NCBI GenBank assembly: GCA_026770705.1
Contig: JANJGN010000021.1
Span: forward strand, 88,908,001 to 88,972,000
DNA length: 64,000 nt
Source of the DNA: Isurus oxyrinchus
Lineage: Eukaryota
Direction: 5' to 3'
Shown piece by piece: positions 49,900 to 63,689 of the stretch (position 1 is the stretch's first letter; the number at the start of each line of letters is the position of its first letter). The notes below the pieces were generated by a model. It did no database searches. It was given only the letters and a program-made list of their open reading frames with translations, and was not told the origin of the DNA. Position numbers and translations under genes: made by a program.

Positions 49900-52429
49900 T
49901 TTAAATCTTTTAATTACTTAGTTATCCATTCAGCCATTCGTTCCCTGCCTCATAACCTTTGTCATGAGCTGACCATGCTTCATCTTACCAAAAGCTTTCT
50001 GAAAATCCAAGTTTATGACACCTCCTGCATTACGCTTGTCTAATATTTCCATTAACTCTTCAAAGAATTCTTTCAGTTAATAGAATCATAGAATTATACA
50101 GCACAGAAGGAGGCAGTCTGGCCCATCATGTTTGTGTTGGCAACTTGATAGAGTTATCCAATTAGCTCCACCCCCTAACTTTAGCCCTGTACATTTTTCC
50201 CTTCAAGCATATATCCAATTCAGATTTAAATTCTGTTATTGAATCTGTTTCCAACACCCTTTTAGGCAATGCATCCCCGATCACATCGTATCTGCTTCCA
50301 GTTACCCACCCTTTTTCCACTAGAAACATTTTCTAAATATTTACTTTCTCGAAACCACTCATGATTTGAACACACTATCAAATGTCCTCTTAATATTCTC
50401 TACCCTTAGGACAACAATCCTAGCTTCTCCAATTCCTCCACGTAACTGAAGTCTGTCACCCCTGAATAATTAAGCATGGCCTAGCCTTTCGGAACCTGTG
50501 CTTTTTTAAATATTATTTTCTGTCTCTAGATGCTTTTCAGCCATGTCTTTTATATATATTTCTGTATCTTTCCCATCACTGACGTAATGCTGTCTGGTCG
50601 ATAGCTCTCAGATTTTGTTCTACATTCTATTTTGTATATAGGAACAACATTACACCGGCTTATCCTTTAATGGCCCTATTCCTACTATACTTCTTATTTT
50701 CTTATGTCTGCTTCAGTTGAACAATTTTTTTTGTATTCCATGGTAATTTGAATTTGAAATCTCTCTTTGCCTTCCTAATAGTTTTATGCATTTTTAACTT
50801 TATATTTCCTTTTGTCCTCCTCTCCTTTAGCATGTAAGAACTTCTTATATCTATTTTACCTTAGCATCATTCTTCCCTCTAGATCTTCGTTCATCTACAG
50901 TATCCAAAAATTAGCTTACATATTTTTGGCTTAGTGGAATACATTTGTCCTGAATCCTATCGATTACACTTTTAAAGATACCTCACTATTTTCCTGTCTC
51001 TTTTCTTTTCAAGGCTTCCTTCCAGTTTACCTCCACCCTGATTTACTCTTTTCCCATCTACTACCTTCTTCATTGTCCTAATGTCACTCTCGATGCTGAT
51101 CTTGGATTTTAAAATGTTGTCATCATTACTGCTAATATGCTCTTCTATCTCCCAACGGTCTGGAATAGTTATCAGAATGGCTGCTTTGAAGAAATGTTCT
51201 TGACCTGAAACAGTAGCTCTGTTTCTCTCTCCACAAGTACTATCTGACCTGCTGCATGTTTCCAGCACCTCCTGTTTTTATTCCAAAGCATTTTCCTTTG
51301 GTTTCAGCGATTCCTATCTTGTTGGACATTTTACACACTGGGCTGGAAAGGGGTTCTGTATATCCTGTAAAAGCTGAAATCCCTTTTCTCCTTTATCTAC
51401 TTCTACCTTCTAGTTTTTTCAGGGTAATTGAAACTTCCCATGATTAATTTTCTGCTACTCATCTTGTAGATTTGCTGACATATTTCTTTCTCCAATTCCC
51501 TTCCACAATTTGCAGACCAATTAAGGTGATGGATCTTCTTAATTTTTAACTCAGTTCATATAGAATTTGGATCTTTCTTACTGCTAGTTCCCTCCTTTCT
51601 TTCTACTAGCATTATGTATCTTTATCTAGTATAGTTTCTCTATTACTGCAACTTCCTTTTCTTCCTAAATGTGTTATAGCCAACCATTCGCTATGTGGCC
51701 ATGTTTCAGTCATCCTGACTGTGTGAAAGTTCCCTCCATAAATTAATGTCTCCAGTTCATTCATGTTATTTTAAATTCAAAGTACTTTGTTTCACCAACA
51801 GTTTAAATTGCATTTATTCTTAATTTCTCTCTTTGTTTTTGCAATTATTTTAGCTTTCTGCTCTAGTCTCTAAAGGAAGAGTGCAAAGATATGAAAATAA
51901 CAACATTGTCATCCTGTCAAACTGTTGATCGACCTGTGATTTTTCTCCCCCCGCTCTATACCGTGTCTAAGAGAAGAGTACAAAAGTATGAAAATAACAA
52001 CTTCTGCTGCTATGCCATTCTCCAGAACACTTTTAATAGCTCCCCCACAAATGCACAATTTTGGTGCTTCTGTTAAATTAAACATTCTTCTGTTTCCTCA
52101 TTAACTGCAGTTGCTAAATTCACCAATCCACAAGATTATGAGTAAAGTCTGTGAATGCTTTAGTTCTGTCAAGTCTTGCTGAGCCGCTCCAGTTTTTTTG
52201 CATCTGGCTCAAACACATTGGTGTCAAAGTAAAATCTCACATTTCAGCACTGCATATTTCCCTTGTTAACTCATGTTCTCAAAGCAATGTTGACTCTTTA
52301 AGGTAAATTGCCTTATTAATTGTTACTTTAAAATGGCCTCTTCTGCGCTCAAAAATGCTTGAAGAAAAGATGAGAGTTCATATCAACAAGGTTAGTTCAA
52401 AGAAAGGACGAATGAGGTGTGCATAGGAG

Positions 52430-52645
52430 AATGATCCCTTACTGGTTAGGGGGGGTGACAGGTATGGATAGAGGAAGAGCTTTGTATTGATTGGAGAAAT
52501 TACAGATGTGTGAAAGGGAAGGATCTGAATTGAACAGGGGGATTTACAGATGTGTGAAGGGGAGGATTTCTTACTGATTATAGAATTTTACAGATGTTGC
52601 TAGGGGAAGGGTATCTTATATGATTAGAGGGAATGAGAGATGTGC
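52430..52645 (+). repeat. Degenerate tandem repeat with a unit of about 45 bp
   Basis: TTACAGATGT recurs at about 52500, 52544 and 52588, followed by GGG(A/G)AGG. Confidence 0.6.
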
Positions 52646-53164
52646 ATTGTGGAATGGTCCCTTCTCCGATGGAAACTAATTCAAATCTATACAGCCCATT
52701 TGATCAATATTCAGTCCGAATGTTACTTGAGGTTAAGCTCTTTGCAGTTCTACAATGCGTTCACAGTTCATGGCTTCACACTATCACCTTTAGATTATGT
52801 GATAAACTGCCCCTCTTTTCATCATTTACTACTTGAGACATCGAGATCTTTATCTCTGGCTGCTACATCATGTATAACCATCAAAGACTCACAAGTGTGA
52901 TCATTTCTGATTAACTGCTTTTGTTAGTTGACTCTGTGCTTAAGTGAAAATGGTTATCTATGTTCTGGGTGAACACTTGTTGAGCTTCAGTTATTTTTTT
53001 AGTTGGGGAGCCCTTCAGCATTAAATTCAGGTAGAAGAAAAGGTCTTGCAAAAACACTTTATTCCATTTGAACAGACACAACAGTGGCATAAAGGAAAGA
53101 CATAAAGTGACTGGGAGGAAATGTAAAGCTGTAATGCAGTACTTGCATCTTTGGTATTGAGAAG

Positions 53165-53995
53165 AACATAAGAACTAAGAGCAGGAGTAGGCAACTCAGC
53201 CCCTCGAGCCTGCCCCGCTATTCATTATGATCATGGCTGATCTCATTTCGGCCTCAATTCCAATTCGCCGCCATCTCCCCATAACCTTTCATCCCATCAC
53301 TAATTAAAAATCTGTCTATCTCCTCCTCAAATTTATTCAACGTCCCGGCATCCACTGCACTCTGAGGTAGTGAATTCCACAGATTCACGACCCTTTGAGA
53401 AAAGTAACTCCTCTTCATCTTTGATTTAAATCTACCACCCCATAGCCTAAAATTATGGCCTCTCATTCTAGAATGCCCCAGAAGAGGAAACATCCACTCC
53501 ACGTCTACTTTGTCATCTTATATACCTTTAGCATCTTATATACCTCAATTAAATCTCCTCGCATCCTTCTAAACTCTAGCTAGTATAGGCCTAAACTGCT
53601 CAATCTCTCCTCATAAGACAAGCCCCGCATCTCTGGAATCAATCTAGTGAACCTCCTCTGAACCATATCCAGTGCAACTATATCCTTCCTCAAGTAAGGG
53701 GACCAAATCTGTGCACAGTACGCCAGGTGCGGTCTCACCAATGGCTTGTACACTTGCAACAACACTTCCCTATTTTTATACTCTATTCCTTTTGCAAAAA
53801 ATGCCAAAATTCCATTTGCCTTCCTTATTACCTGCTGTGCCTGCTTACTAGCTTTCAGCAATTCATGCACGAGGACACCCAGATCCCTCTGCACTGAAGC
53901 ATCCTGAAGTTTCTATCCATTGAAATAATAAGTCACCTTTTTATTCTACCGACCTAAATGGATAATCTCACATTTATCCACATTAAACTCCAATT
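53165..53995 (-). mobile_element. CR1 LINE 3' fragment
   Basis: ORFs 53254..53502 and 53580..53894 (RDLGVLV...LVRPHLAYC). Confidence 0.88.
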
Positions 53996-54123
53996 ACATA
54001 CCTTCTGGGTTCTTCATGAAGGAGAAAGTGTCAGAGACATCACTATGTGTAAATGACTGTATGTCTCAACCAACATTGCTAAAACAGTTTAGCTGGCCAT
54101 TAACCCATTACTGTTTATGGGAT

Positions 54124-54307
54124 AAAAGCAAAATACTGCAGATGTTAGAAATCTGAAACAAAAACAAAAATACCTGGAAAATCTCAGCAGGTCTGACAGC
54201 ATCCGTGGAGAGGAGGAGAGAGTTAACGTTTCGAGTCCATATGACTCTTCATCAGGTGAAGAGTCTCTCCACCCTGGTGAAGAGTCATACGGACTTGAAA
54301 TGTTAAC
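54124..54307. mobile_element. Short fold-back Penelope-derived insertion inside a Deu-type SINE
   Basis: Perfect 14-bp TSD ACTGTTTATGGGAT at 54110-54123 and 54308-54321. Minus-strand CUGAUGA-A-GAGUC(AUAUG)GACUC-GAAA-C-GUU core at 54255-54221. Confidence 0.8.
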
Positions 54308-56015
54308 ACTGTTTATGGGATCTTGCTCTGCACAAGTTATCTGCTGCGACATTTTAAAAATGGACACCGTTTGCTGTAAAAATGCTTTGGCGGCCATGAG
54401 TCACAGAAGGTCTTGGTCGGTTGCAAATGATGGGATGAGCTGTTTTCCTAGTTCAATAATTATATTCACTCTTGCTAATTATACACTCTCAGAGCCAATT
54501 TACATTAATGGTGCAAAAGAAAGCCTCCTCCTGTGGCAACAGAAATCAAAATGAGACATGACTACTTTAAACAGAAGCATGATTCTTTCAAACAAAAGCA
54601 AAATACTTCAAAAGCTGCAAACTGAAAGTAAAACAATGGTGAAAGTTCTCAGTATATCTGGTAACATCATTGGAAAGAGAAACAGAGTTAGTGCTTCAGG
54701 CTGATGACCTTCATCAGAATTGGAAAATGTTAGAATCACAGAATCATGGCAGCATAGAAGGAGATCATTCAGCCCATCTTCCTGTTCAGATAACAGTCTA
54801 ATTCCCTTTTGAATATCTTCATTGGGTATCTGGAAAAGACATTGATGTCACTGAGAAACAAAATGGGCTAAAAGCAGGTATTGCCTTATATGGCACAAGA
54901 CCAGAGCCGAAAACAGTGTAAAGAAAGAGTACACAGACACTATTGTTGCAGTTGAGCGAGTGGTTTGGTCACCTACACTGAAGGCACACATCGAGAGCTC
55001 ATCAGACTACTGATCACCAAGGTGAACTCCAGCTCGCAGGACTACTAAGTAACTAATGGGTGTGGGTGTGTACTGTTGGTTAGTGGTATTAATAAAGGTG
55101 TACCACATTTAGTGGAACAATATCTGAGTTCTTGTGTGCCATTAAAACCAAGTAGAGGCATGAACATTTAGACCTGGTAGAGGGTCTGACAAATTGAACC
55201 TGCCTCCACCACGCTCCCAGGCATAGAGATACAACAGGATTTGGCAAATTTCAGAGAAAGTAGTAGATGGGAAAGGGACAAGGGTGGAGGGGGGGTGGGG
55301 AAACAAACAGAAGATGGGTCTGGCGGAACTAGAAGAATCATTCCCAACAGCTGCCATCTGAAAAAATGAGGACAGAGATTATGACCTGAAATTGTTGAAC
55401 TCAGTGTTGAATCTGCAAGGTTGTAAGATGCCCAATTGAGAGAATCTTCTTTTCCCTTGCACCATCTTCTCTTTTGTCATTTCGCCTATCATTCGATCAC
55501 AGGCCTCCCCTTTATTTCCCCACCTTCGACACCTACTTTCACTGCCTTTGTGATTGCTTGAAAGTTGTTTCTCTTCAAAGAACTTGCTCCAGTCCTGTCG
55601 AGCTGAACCGTTTGTCTGGATTTTCTCAATGGGGGCAGGGAGGGAAGTCGGGACCTCTTTTTAAAAATTCTTTTGAGGGACATGGACATCGTTGGTAAGG
55701 CCAGTATCTGATGGGCGTCTCTCTCTAATTGCCCTTGAGAAGATGGTGGTGAGCTGTGCTCTTGAGCCATGGCAGTCAGCTTGATTATCTGTCACAATTT
55801 GGCACAACTGAGTGGTTTGCTAGGCCATTTCAGGGGGCTGTTAAGATTCAGCCACATTGCTGTGGGTCTGGAGTCACATGTAGGCCAGACCAGGTAAGGA
55901 TGGCAGGTTTTCTCCCCCGAAGGACGCTAGTGAAGCAGATGGATTTTACATCAATCAATGGTAGTTCCACGGTCACCGTTACTAAGGCTAGCTTTCAATT
56001 CCAGACTTATTAATT

Positions 56016-58450
56016 AGCTGTTTGCAGTCCCGAATCTGCCCCCAGTGGGTTAACAGTCATTGGCCCCGAGTTACATTGGTTGCTCCCTTAATTGGCTTAG
56101 GGACGTGTTTGGCAGTCAGTTAGATGGCAAGGGTGTAGGAATGGAGGGGAAACCACCCAAGTGTAGGCCTGATTTAAACTGACCACAACATGGAGGCCTG
56201 GACCTAGGGAAGGGCAGATCCTTGGTCCTCCTACATGCCATAAGGGAGTGAAAGAAGATCCTCTTCCTGGAGGGTGGCAGGAGGAAACCACCCACCCAGT
56301 CTGAGCAAGTCTGGATGGACATAGCCTGACCTCCAAGTCACCCACCCGGACTGAGCAAGTCACTCACTATCCTGACTTGGAAATATATTGGCCATTCCTT
56401 CACTGTCACTGGGTCTAAATCCTGGAACTCCCTCCCTATCATCACTGTGGGTGTACCTACACCGCATGGACTGCAGCAGTGCAAGAAAGCTGCTCACCAC
56501 CACCACCTCCTCAAGGGCAATTAGGGATGGGCAATAAATGCTGGCCTAGCCAGCGATGCCCACATCCCATGAATGATTTTTTTAAGGAAGTTGGATCCAA
56601 TGTTGGACATGGAGAAGATGGGGCATAGCGGTAATCTCACTGAACTAGTAATCCAGAGGCCCAGGCTAATGCCCTGGAGACATGGGTTCAAATCCCATTA
56701 TGGCAGCTGGTGGAATTTAAATTCAATTAATTTTTTTTAAAATCTGGAATTGTGACCATGAAATTGATCATCATAAAACCCCAACTGGTTCACTAATGCC
56801 CCTTTAAGGAAGTAAATCTGCCATCCTTAGTAGTTTGGTCTACATGTGACTCCAGTCCCACACCAACGCAGCTGACTCTTAACTGGTCTTAAGGCCAACA
56901 AATGCTGGCCTTGTCAGCGATGCCCACATCCCATGAGTGAATTTTTAAAAAAAGAGGTTCAATGGCCTGACTCACTCAGGCAAGGTGCATGCAGCCCCAA
57001 CACTCAGGTCAGACATCTGGGCATTCACCCTTCAGCAGACACATCATCTGAGAAGCCTCAATGTGCATGTTGTTCCTCAGCATGGGAGCAGTGTCTGTCC
57101 AGGTTACTTACTAACCCCTCAGCAAGGCATGTCAGTCCTGAGGACCAGCCAGCACTGAGACATGCAACTTCTAATGAATAGGAGTAGCTGACAGGGGAGG
57201 GAGGGGGTGGGGGGGGTGGTGGGCGCGGATTTTTTTCTGGAGAAATTTTTTCAACCAGAAAGAGTGGTTGAGTTAGAAACTCTCGTAACATTTAAGAAGT
57301 ATTTAGATATTCATTTGCATTTCCATAGCCTCCAGGGCTATGGGCCAGGCGCTGGAAATTGGGATTAGTGTAGTCAGATCTTTGTTGACTGGTGTGGATA
57401 TAATGGGCCGAATGGCCTCCTTCTGTGCTGTAAACATCTGTGTCTATGAGACTTTGGCCAGCAGTGTCTTATCTCTCTGTCTTTTGTCCTTGCAGGATGA
57501 CCAGTCTCGTAATGCCCAGGAGAAGACCAAGACTGGTGGAGAGGTTTCCTACGTGCAAGCAGTCACGACCCTAGGAGATGGAGGCATTGAAATAGGCAGG
57601 GTCTCAGACCAGGAGGATGTTGGTCATGGCAAGATGAGCCTTTCGTGTTGGCAATGGTGAGGAGAGAGGGCAATGTACTCATTGAGGGGGAGCTTTGTAC
57701 TCCGCCCCATTTGATAGCAGAACAAATAGTGAGTGGTGCCGGGGAAGCCTCAGCACTGCAGAGGCTCCTGCTCTCCAAGGCTAGTTTTAATGATCTCTTC
57801 TTGTGCCTCTGACAGATGCAGATGAAAAGACAGTGAGACCGTCTCCCTCACCGTCACCAGGCCAAGAGCAGCAACTGCTGAGCTCCCAAGGAGCACCACC
57901 ACTTCATACAAGCGTATCATCCGCCAGCATGCGGTGAGATAGGGTGCCACTGGGTGAGGAGCACGACACTGGCATGCTGTAGGAGTTGGGTATGCAGGGC
58001 ATAATTTTAAAATCTGCAGATGGCACAATTCCTGAGCATGACAAATTGTGAGGAAGACAGGAACATGCTTCAGGAGGACATAGACTGGTGAAATAGACAG
58101 ATACATGCTCAGGAGTGTTCATCTGGATAAAGACAAGGAAGGATGTTGCAAAACAAACGGTACAATTTCAAAGAGGATGGAGGGACAGAGAGAGCTGGGG
58201 GAAGGAGTGCACATGCACTGGAAGGTGGCAGGGCAAGTTTAGAAGGCTTATTAACAAGTATCCATATACTTGTTAATTCACAACAGGAAGTTGTGGGCAA
58301 TCCCCTTTGGGGGATGGAGGACAGAGACAGCCCTGTTCAGCTGGGCACAGATGAAGGGCCTCAGGAGTCACTGGAAAGTAAGTTCTAGCTAGACCAGCTG
58401 CACTAGACCAGCTCCCCCATGTCGGAGTTCCCTGAGGGAGTCCAGGCTCA
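56016..58450 (+). mobile_element. Further Harbinger-derived fragments interrupted by LINE/SINE insertions
   Basis: 57497 onward reads DDQSRNAQEKTKTGGEV, like exon 2 of the Myb/SANT gene at 60158. Boundaries poorly defined. Confidence 0.45.
56620..56945 (+). mobile_element. tRNA-derived SINE sharing its 3' tail with the LINE at 480-1497 (copies at about 41680-41960, 55660-56015, 6095-6320, 29640-29910, 39400-39770)
   Basis: B-box-like GGGTTCAAATCCC, body GACTCCAG, tail AAATGCTGGCCTTG...CCCACATCCCATG. Confidence 0.75.
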
Positions 58451-59039
58451 TAGATAGTGTTACGATCCCTGTAGACACTGATAACCTTTAAAAAATAAGG
58501 AATCTTCACAACGCCAGCAGAGGTAATGGATAAAATTTCACCTTTTAAGACTTTTACTGTAACAAACTAAAATCAACAAAGGTCAAACATTAATCAACAG
58601 GCAATGGACACCTCAAGCTAAAGGAAAAGAAATAAATTTCTCCTTAACTAATTTCTATTTGAGTTTCTCTCTCTATGGCAACCTGAGATCACATGGATGC
58701 TTTTTAGAACTGAGGTGTTTATCAGGAATTCACCATCCCCCTTTTCTGGCCCAAAACTTCCGGTCAGAGTCGAAACCTCTGGATGGAATCTTCGGTCTGG
58801 AATATAAGCGGGAGGCAGGAGTGGAAGCAAGGGTGGTTTCAGTTTGGGGATGGGATGACTGGTCCCCTGCAATCTCGTACCTATCAGCTCATTAGATATG
58901 CTTGCATGAGGAGCACCGCGAATCTTGTGGGCATTGGGCACCCGCACCCTTACCTCAAGGGATGAGCGGATGCCAAGATTGCAGCCAGACTTTTGGATCT
59001 CTCCACAGCTGGAGGTGTCTGAGAGCAGACAACATGTGG

Positions 59040-61320
59040 CCTCACTGTTTAGCTGTCCCTCGTTGCAGGTTCTCCTCCAAAGTGTGCGGGAAGGGCGAGG
59101 GGTCTTGCTTCCCAGGTTGGCAGCAGGAGGCACTCCCTGCCTGACCAGGGCGGCCTGGATGGAGATAGCAGTGCAGGTTAGTGCCTGCAGGTTGGCTCTG
59201 GTGTGGGACAAAGGGTGAACAATCTGCAGCCCTCCACCAGGTTAAGTGGCGCTGTGTAGTCACTGCAAAGTGACACTCATAAGGTATCAGGCAGTGCAAC
59301 TGTGCGAGTACACGGCGGGGGTGTCAGACAGGTGTTTGGGGTCCAGGCCACAGCAGCAGATGAGATGTGTCTACTGCACCATGTGGGGATCACTTCATTC
59401 TGCCAATGTTCTACCAGTTGCAGGACAGTTTGGCTGTCAAACACTTACAGGGGAGGGCTCAGGAGCTGCTGTAGGCATGCATGCTCATCAAGGTGGTCAT
59501 GCCCAGGCGAGTAGCTGTCCACATCACCTAGTGGGTCAGCTGTTGATTCATCCTCCCCACCATTACTTTGCGGGGTGGAAGGTCCAGGCACCCAAGCACT
59601 CTCACTCTCTCCAGATCACCCGTCTCTGGGTCATGCACGGTGATCTCTGCAAAGCAGATGAAGGAGGCAGCAGGTGGTTCAGCCACCAGGCCATCCAGGC
59701 CTTGAGTAAAGGAGTGCAGGCGCATAGGAACATCCGATAGCCCAGGGACAGTGCCAGGAAGCATATCAGACTCACCTCTCTGGCCTGGAAGCGTGAGCAT
59801 AACTGGCAACCGCATCCGAAACTCCATCCAGCTCAGGAAGAGGATGAATGATCTGATCCGCTCCGCCAAGGTAAGTCATCCTTCAACTCCCTCCAATATC
59901 AAACTCTCATCATGGCATCATGCACTCAAAGGGCTCCTCTCTTCATGGACCTTACTCAACCATTAGCGGGGGGACACATATCAACACTGATTGTCTCATG
60001 GAAACTTTCACATCACCACCACCTCATCTATCGTGCTGCTCACACTCCATCCTCAGCCCCTTCTGGGGGAGGGCTCACCACACACAGGGGACATGCATCT
60101 TTCCCAGACTCTGCTCCACACCTTCCCATCACCTGTTTTTCTTTTGGCTTCATCCAGGGCAAGGCTGCACACGGCAGGTGGGAAAGAGCGCAGAGCTGGG
60201 GGAGGCACGGCCGAGATAATAGCCCTCGGTAAGTTCGTGGAGGCTTTCACCGGGCTCGTTGGGGCAGAAAGGGACCACTCCTGTGGGGAAGGGGAGATTG
60301 GATAGTCTCAGAAACCAAGTACAGATCAGAGCTCCATCAGTTCATCACTTCCCGCCAATCACAGTAAGTCACATATAGGTTTATATCCCACATGCTCATT
60401 AACTGAAGCGCTGTTCTCTATCTGATAGGCACCAGCAGGTCGAAGCCCATAAGGGTGCCCATGATAAACCCCAGCCCCCAGGGCCAGGTAAAAAGAAGAA
60501 GCTCTGGAAGAAAAGTCAATGTACTCGCCCACACCCTCCACCAGTGCAGAGACACACATCTCGGTGGAGCATGGTTCTACATTAGGCTCGGGCTCACTTA
60601 CTGTGGAACACCTCACTGACACGTCCCCGCAGCAGCCGGAGGCAGGGACAGCCCATGTCTCTGGCACTCGGTGAGCTGCTGGAGACCAGCCACCCGCTCA
60701 GTCCGAGTCTGATGATGAGCCTCTGCGAGTGGCCGCCGGCTCGGTGCGGGAGATACAACAACAGGCAGAGATTCTGGCTGTCACTCAGCAGACTGGAGCG
60801 AAGGATGGAGGAGTCAGTCCGCATTCTGCCTGGTGCCATGGTGCCAACATGCCAATGCCATGAGGTCACCACGGGAAGGTTGGCAACCACCATGGGGACC
60901 TTGGCCCAGCAGTTTTTGCTGGATTCGGACTCAGCCCCAGTTCTCCATAGCCACATACCTTGGTGGGTAACCTCAAGATACGACAGAGGGACAAGGCGTC
61001 TTGACATTCGTCCAAGTACACCTTCTCCTCAAGGGGTCAGGGCAGGACCCTCGGGTGCCCACAGGAGGTTCCAAGGGTGTGCAGCCACTCAGCGACCTCT
61101 CTGCCTGTGACCCCATCCACTCCAGCTGCTCAGGCCAAGGAGGATGCATCTGCCCCTGAGTAGGAGACCCTGATCAGGCCAGGGCACTCTGGGCCTTGAG
61201 CACCAGAAGATGTCATTGCAGACATCAGGCTGAAGCAGTCAGCCCCATCCACCTCTGCTGCGGATGTTGGGGCTACACCCAGGAGTAGCAGTGGGCTTAG
61301 GAAAATTAAGAAATATTGAA
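59040..61320 (+). pseudogene. Harbinger Myb/SANT-like DNA-binding gene remnants (two SANT-like starts)
   Basis: FSCPSLQVLLQSVREGRGVLLP...TRAAWMEIAVQVS at about 59040-59200. WFSHQAIQAL...RNSIQLRKRMNDLIRSAK|GTAAG at about 59660-59870. Acceptor ending 60157, then GKAAHGRWERAQS. Confidence 0.75.
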
Positions 61321-61959
61321 ATCACTTTTGAGTCACTGGGGTGCTACCACTGTGAAAATATTGCACTGTTGTGAATACATTAGATGTTTAAGTGAATGGC
61401 TTGGTAGAGCGAAAGCCTTCTGATTATGTACATTTGAATCCTCTTATCTCAAAGTCTAGTCATCCTGTGAATAAGTCGGTGAGATTCACATTTGAAGCTC
61501 ACTGAAGAGAGATTCTGACCCTTGTGTGGTGTCAGGGCTTTTTAAAAATCTTTATTAAAAGTGTGAGATTTAAGTGCTTGGAACCCTTCTTCCTCATGAA
61601 ACACCGTTGTCTAAGGGCAGCTCAGAAGGAATAGAGGCAGTTGTGTTCCCCTAGTGGCATGCGAAAGGACAAGGCCTGGAGGAAGAGATCTCCAAACACT
61701 TCACCTCTCCTAATATTCACTCAGTTCCGTTGAAGGGTCATGAGGACTCGAAATGTCAACTCTTTTCTTCTCCACCGACCTGCTGAGATTTTCCAGGTAA
61801 TTTTGTTCCCTATTTCACTACCTGTCCTAGTTTCTCATTTTTGTGGTGACGACTGCTTCCCCAGTTTCGCCAGCCTTCTTGTTGCTGAGTGGGCTCTCAC
61901 TTCCCAGAGTGAATGCATACAGAGGACGCTGCTGACTTTCTTAGAGATCACGGCCTAGT

Positions 61960-62540
61960 GAAACATGAGGCGAGAAAGTGCAAGTGTTAATGCAGGACTA
62001 GCTCTTGATGCAACCGGTTGGACATCTCTTCAGGTGAAATGGAATAACACTGGGGGCTAGGAGAACTATGGCCATGTCCCGTCTATGACATCTGTGACCT
62101 CCTTGATGCATCTGTATGTTGTGGACTGCGAGATGTCTGCAGAGGTCCTCTGTGGATCTCTGGAATAACCCGCAGGTAAAAAATTGAGCGCAGTGGCCGC
62201 CTTTAAAGCCGTGGGTAGGGATAGCCTCCAACTCCAGGGCTTCAGGCCCTCACGAAGAATGTGGTAGATGTGAACTACCAGAGTTCAGGACAAGTGCAGA
62301 CGTGCCCTGCATTGTCTCTCACTCATTTGTAAATATAAGAGTCTCCTTCGGCAAACCCTAGGCCTGGTGAGTCTCCATTGTCTGGGGCTCTCCTCTTGAC
62401 CCTCTTGTTCTTGCTCTGGCTCCCCTTGGCCCTGGCCCTCAGGCAGGGCCTCCTCCTGGAGCTGTGCTCAGCATTGCATCTCCACCCTTCATCTCCTCCA
62501 TTGCAGTAGGACCCTCTAAAAGGCAGCATTGAGCCCTGGA
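61960..62540 (-). pseudogene. Harbinger transposase N-terminal remnant, convergent to the Myb/SANT gene
   Basis: Frameshifted ALKAATALNF...GLFQRSTEDL...ISQSTTYRCIKEVTDV matches the HARBI1 N-terminal region. Confidence 0.7.
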
Positions 62541-63689
62541 TCCATTGTTGTCTTTAACCTTCTCTCCAAATGAAAGACTGAAGGCGCGAATGATTGACAG
62601 AAGCTCACAATATGTTACCTATGGCAACTTATGCCAGAGGACATGCGCAGACTAGCGCAAAAGATGGAGGAGCCATCCAAGCTCTGCCCACTGTCAGGGC
62701 TCCAGCAGGCGAGCGCTGGGCTGCTTCCATGGAAAGGGTGATGACTGCCTTGGAGACCCAGGTCCAGGAGAAAATGCAGTGGCTGTCAAATATGCGCTTG
62801 GACTTGCATCACACTCGCAGTGCAGCAGTGGCTAGGCAAGAGGGGAATGAGGGACCTTGACCTCCCTCCAGTTGCCCCATCTCTTCAAGGAGTCAGGGAG
62901 GTCTGATCATACACCCATAGGGAGGAGGAGCGCCAGGAAGGCCAGGGATTCGTCCAGTGGTAGGAAAAGAAAGTTAATGAAGTTTTGAAGGCATGTAGGT
63001 GGTATGCATGTCCAGCCACTGCAGAGATTTTTAAATACATGTTCACTTGCACTGTTAGCAAGTTTGCTGCATTCTCATTTTGCTGCCAGCTGCCTCAATA
63101 GTCGCAGGTATTTAGGATTCCTCCATCGGATTCCGATTACGTCTAACAATCGGGACACTTGTCTCACATTGTCAGCATTGTAATCTCTGATTATTCTGAC
63201 ATAATGTTTAAGCATGGGCTGTTGTTCCTGATTGTGTGGCCTAGGCACACATCATGCAGTCCATCAGATTCCAGGCTCTGAGCTCTATGAGAATGATGCC
63301 TGTGCAGCAAAGTCATTGCATCTCCTGCTGCTGTTGTCCTAATGTGAGATGCAGGAAGGATGCAAAGAGCCCTCAAGGAGAGTTAAACAGGTGAAGTGAG
63401 TACTGTAGATGAAGAGTGAGGGTGTGAAGCGCAAGCGTAACTACGGTACAGAGAATGGAAAACCAGGGTCATTCCTGGATGTTGAGAGAATGGAGAACTG
63501 CAGATGGCCAAACAGACCTGGCTGCCCTTATTCAAAAGTATTTTCAAGCTAACCTGAGGGTGTAGTCAGCAAGTCAGGAAGCAACTGGCAAGTTGGCCTT
63601 GATTGCAAGAGAGATTTAGTGTAAGATTAAAGAGGCCTTGCTGCAATTGACTACAGCCATGGTGAGGCCTCACCTGGAATATTGTGCAT

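Larger units (their letters stand above)
48205..51800 (-). mobile_element. Highly decayed CR1 LINE with nested Penelope and CR1 insertions
   Basis: CR1 3' tail near 48205-48300 and degenerate colinear RT/APE-like sequence. Confidence 0.6.

Noticed and set aside
54843-55166. Possible solo LTR (also about 58463-58700 and 5607-6060)
   Set aside because: LTR-like composition, but I could not identify matching termini and a TSD.
56620-56700. tRNA gene
   Set aside because: Only the tRNA-derived head of a SINE, with no complete cloverleaf.
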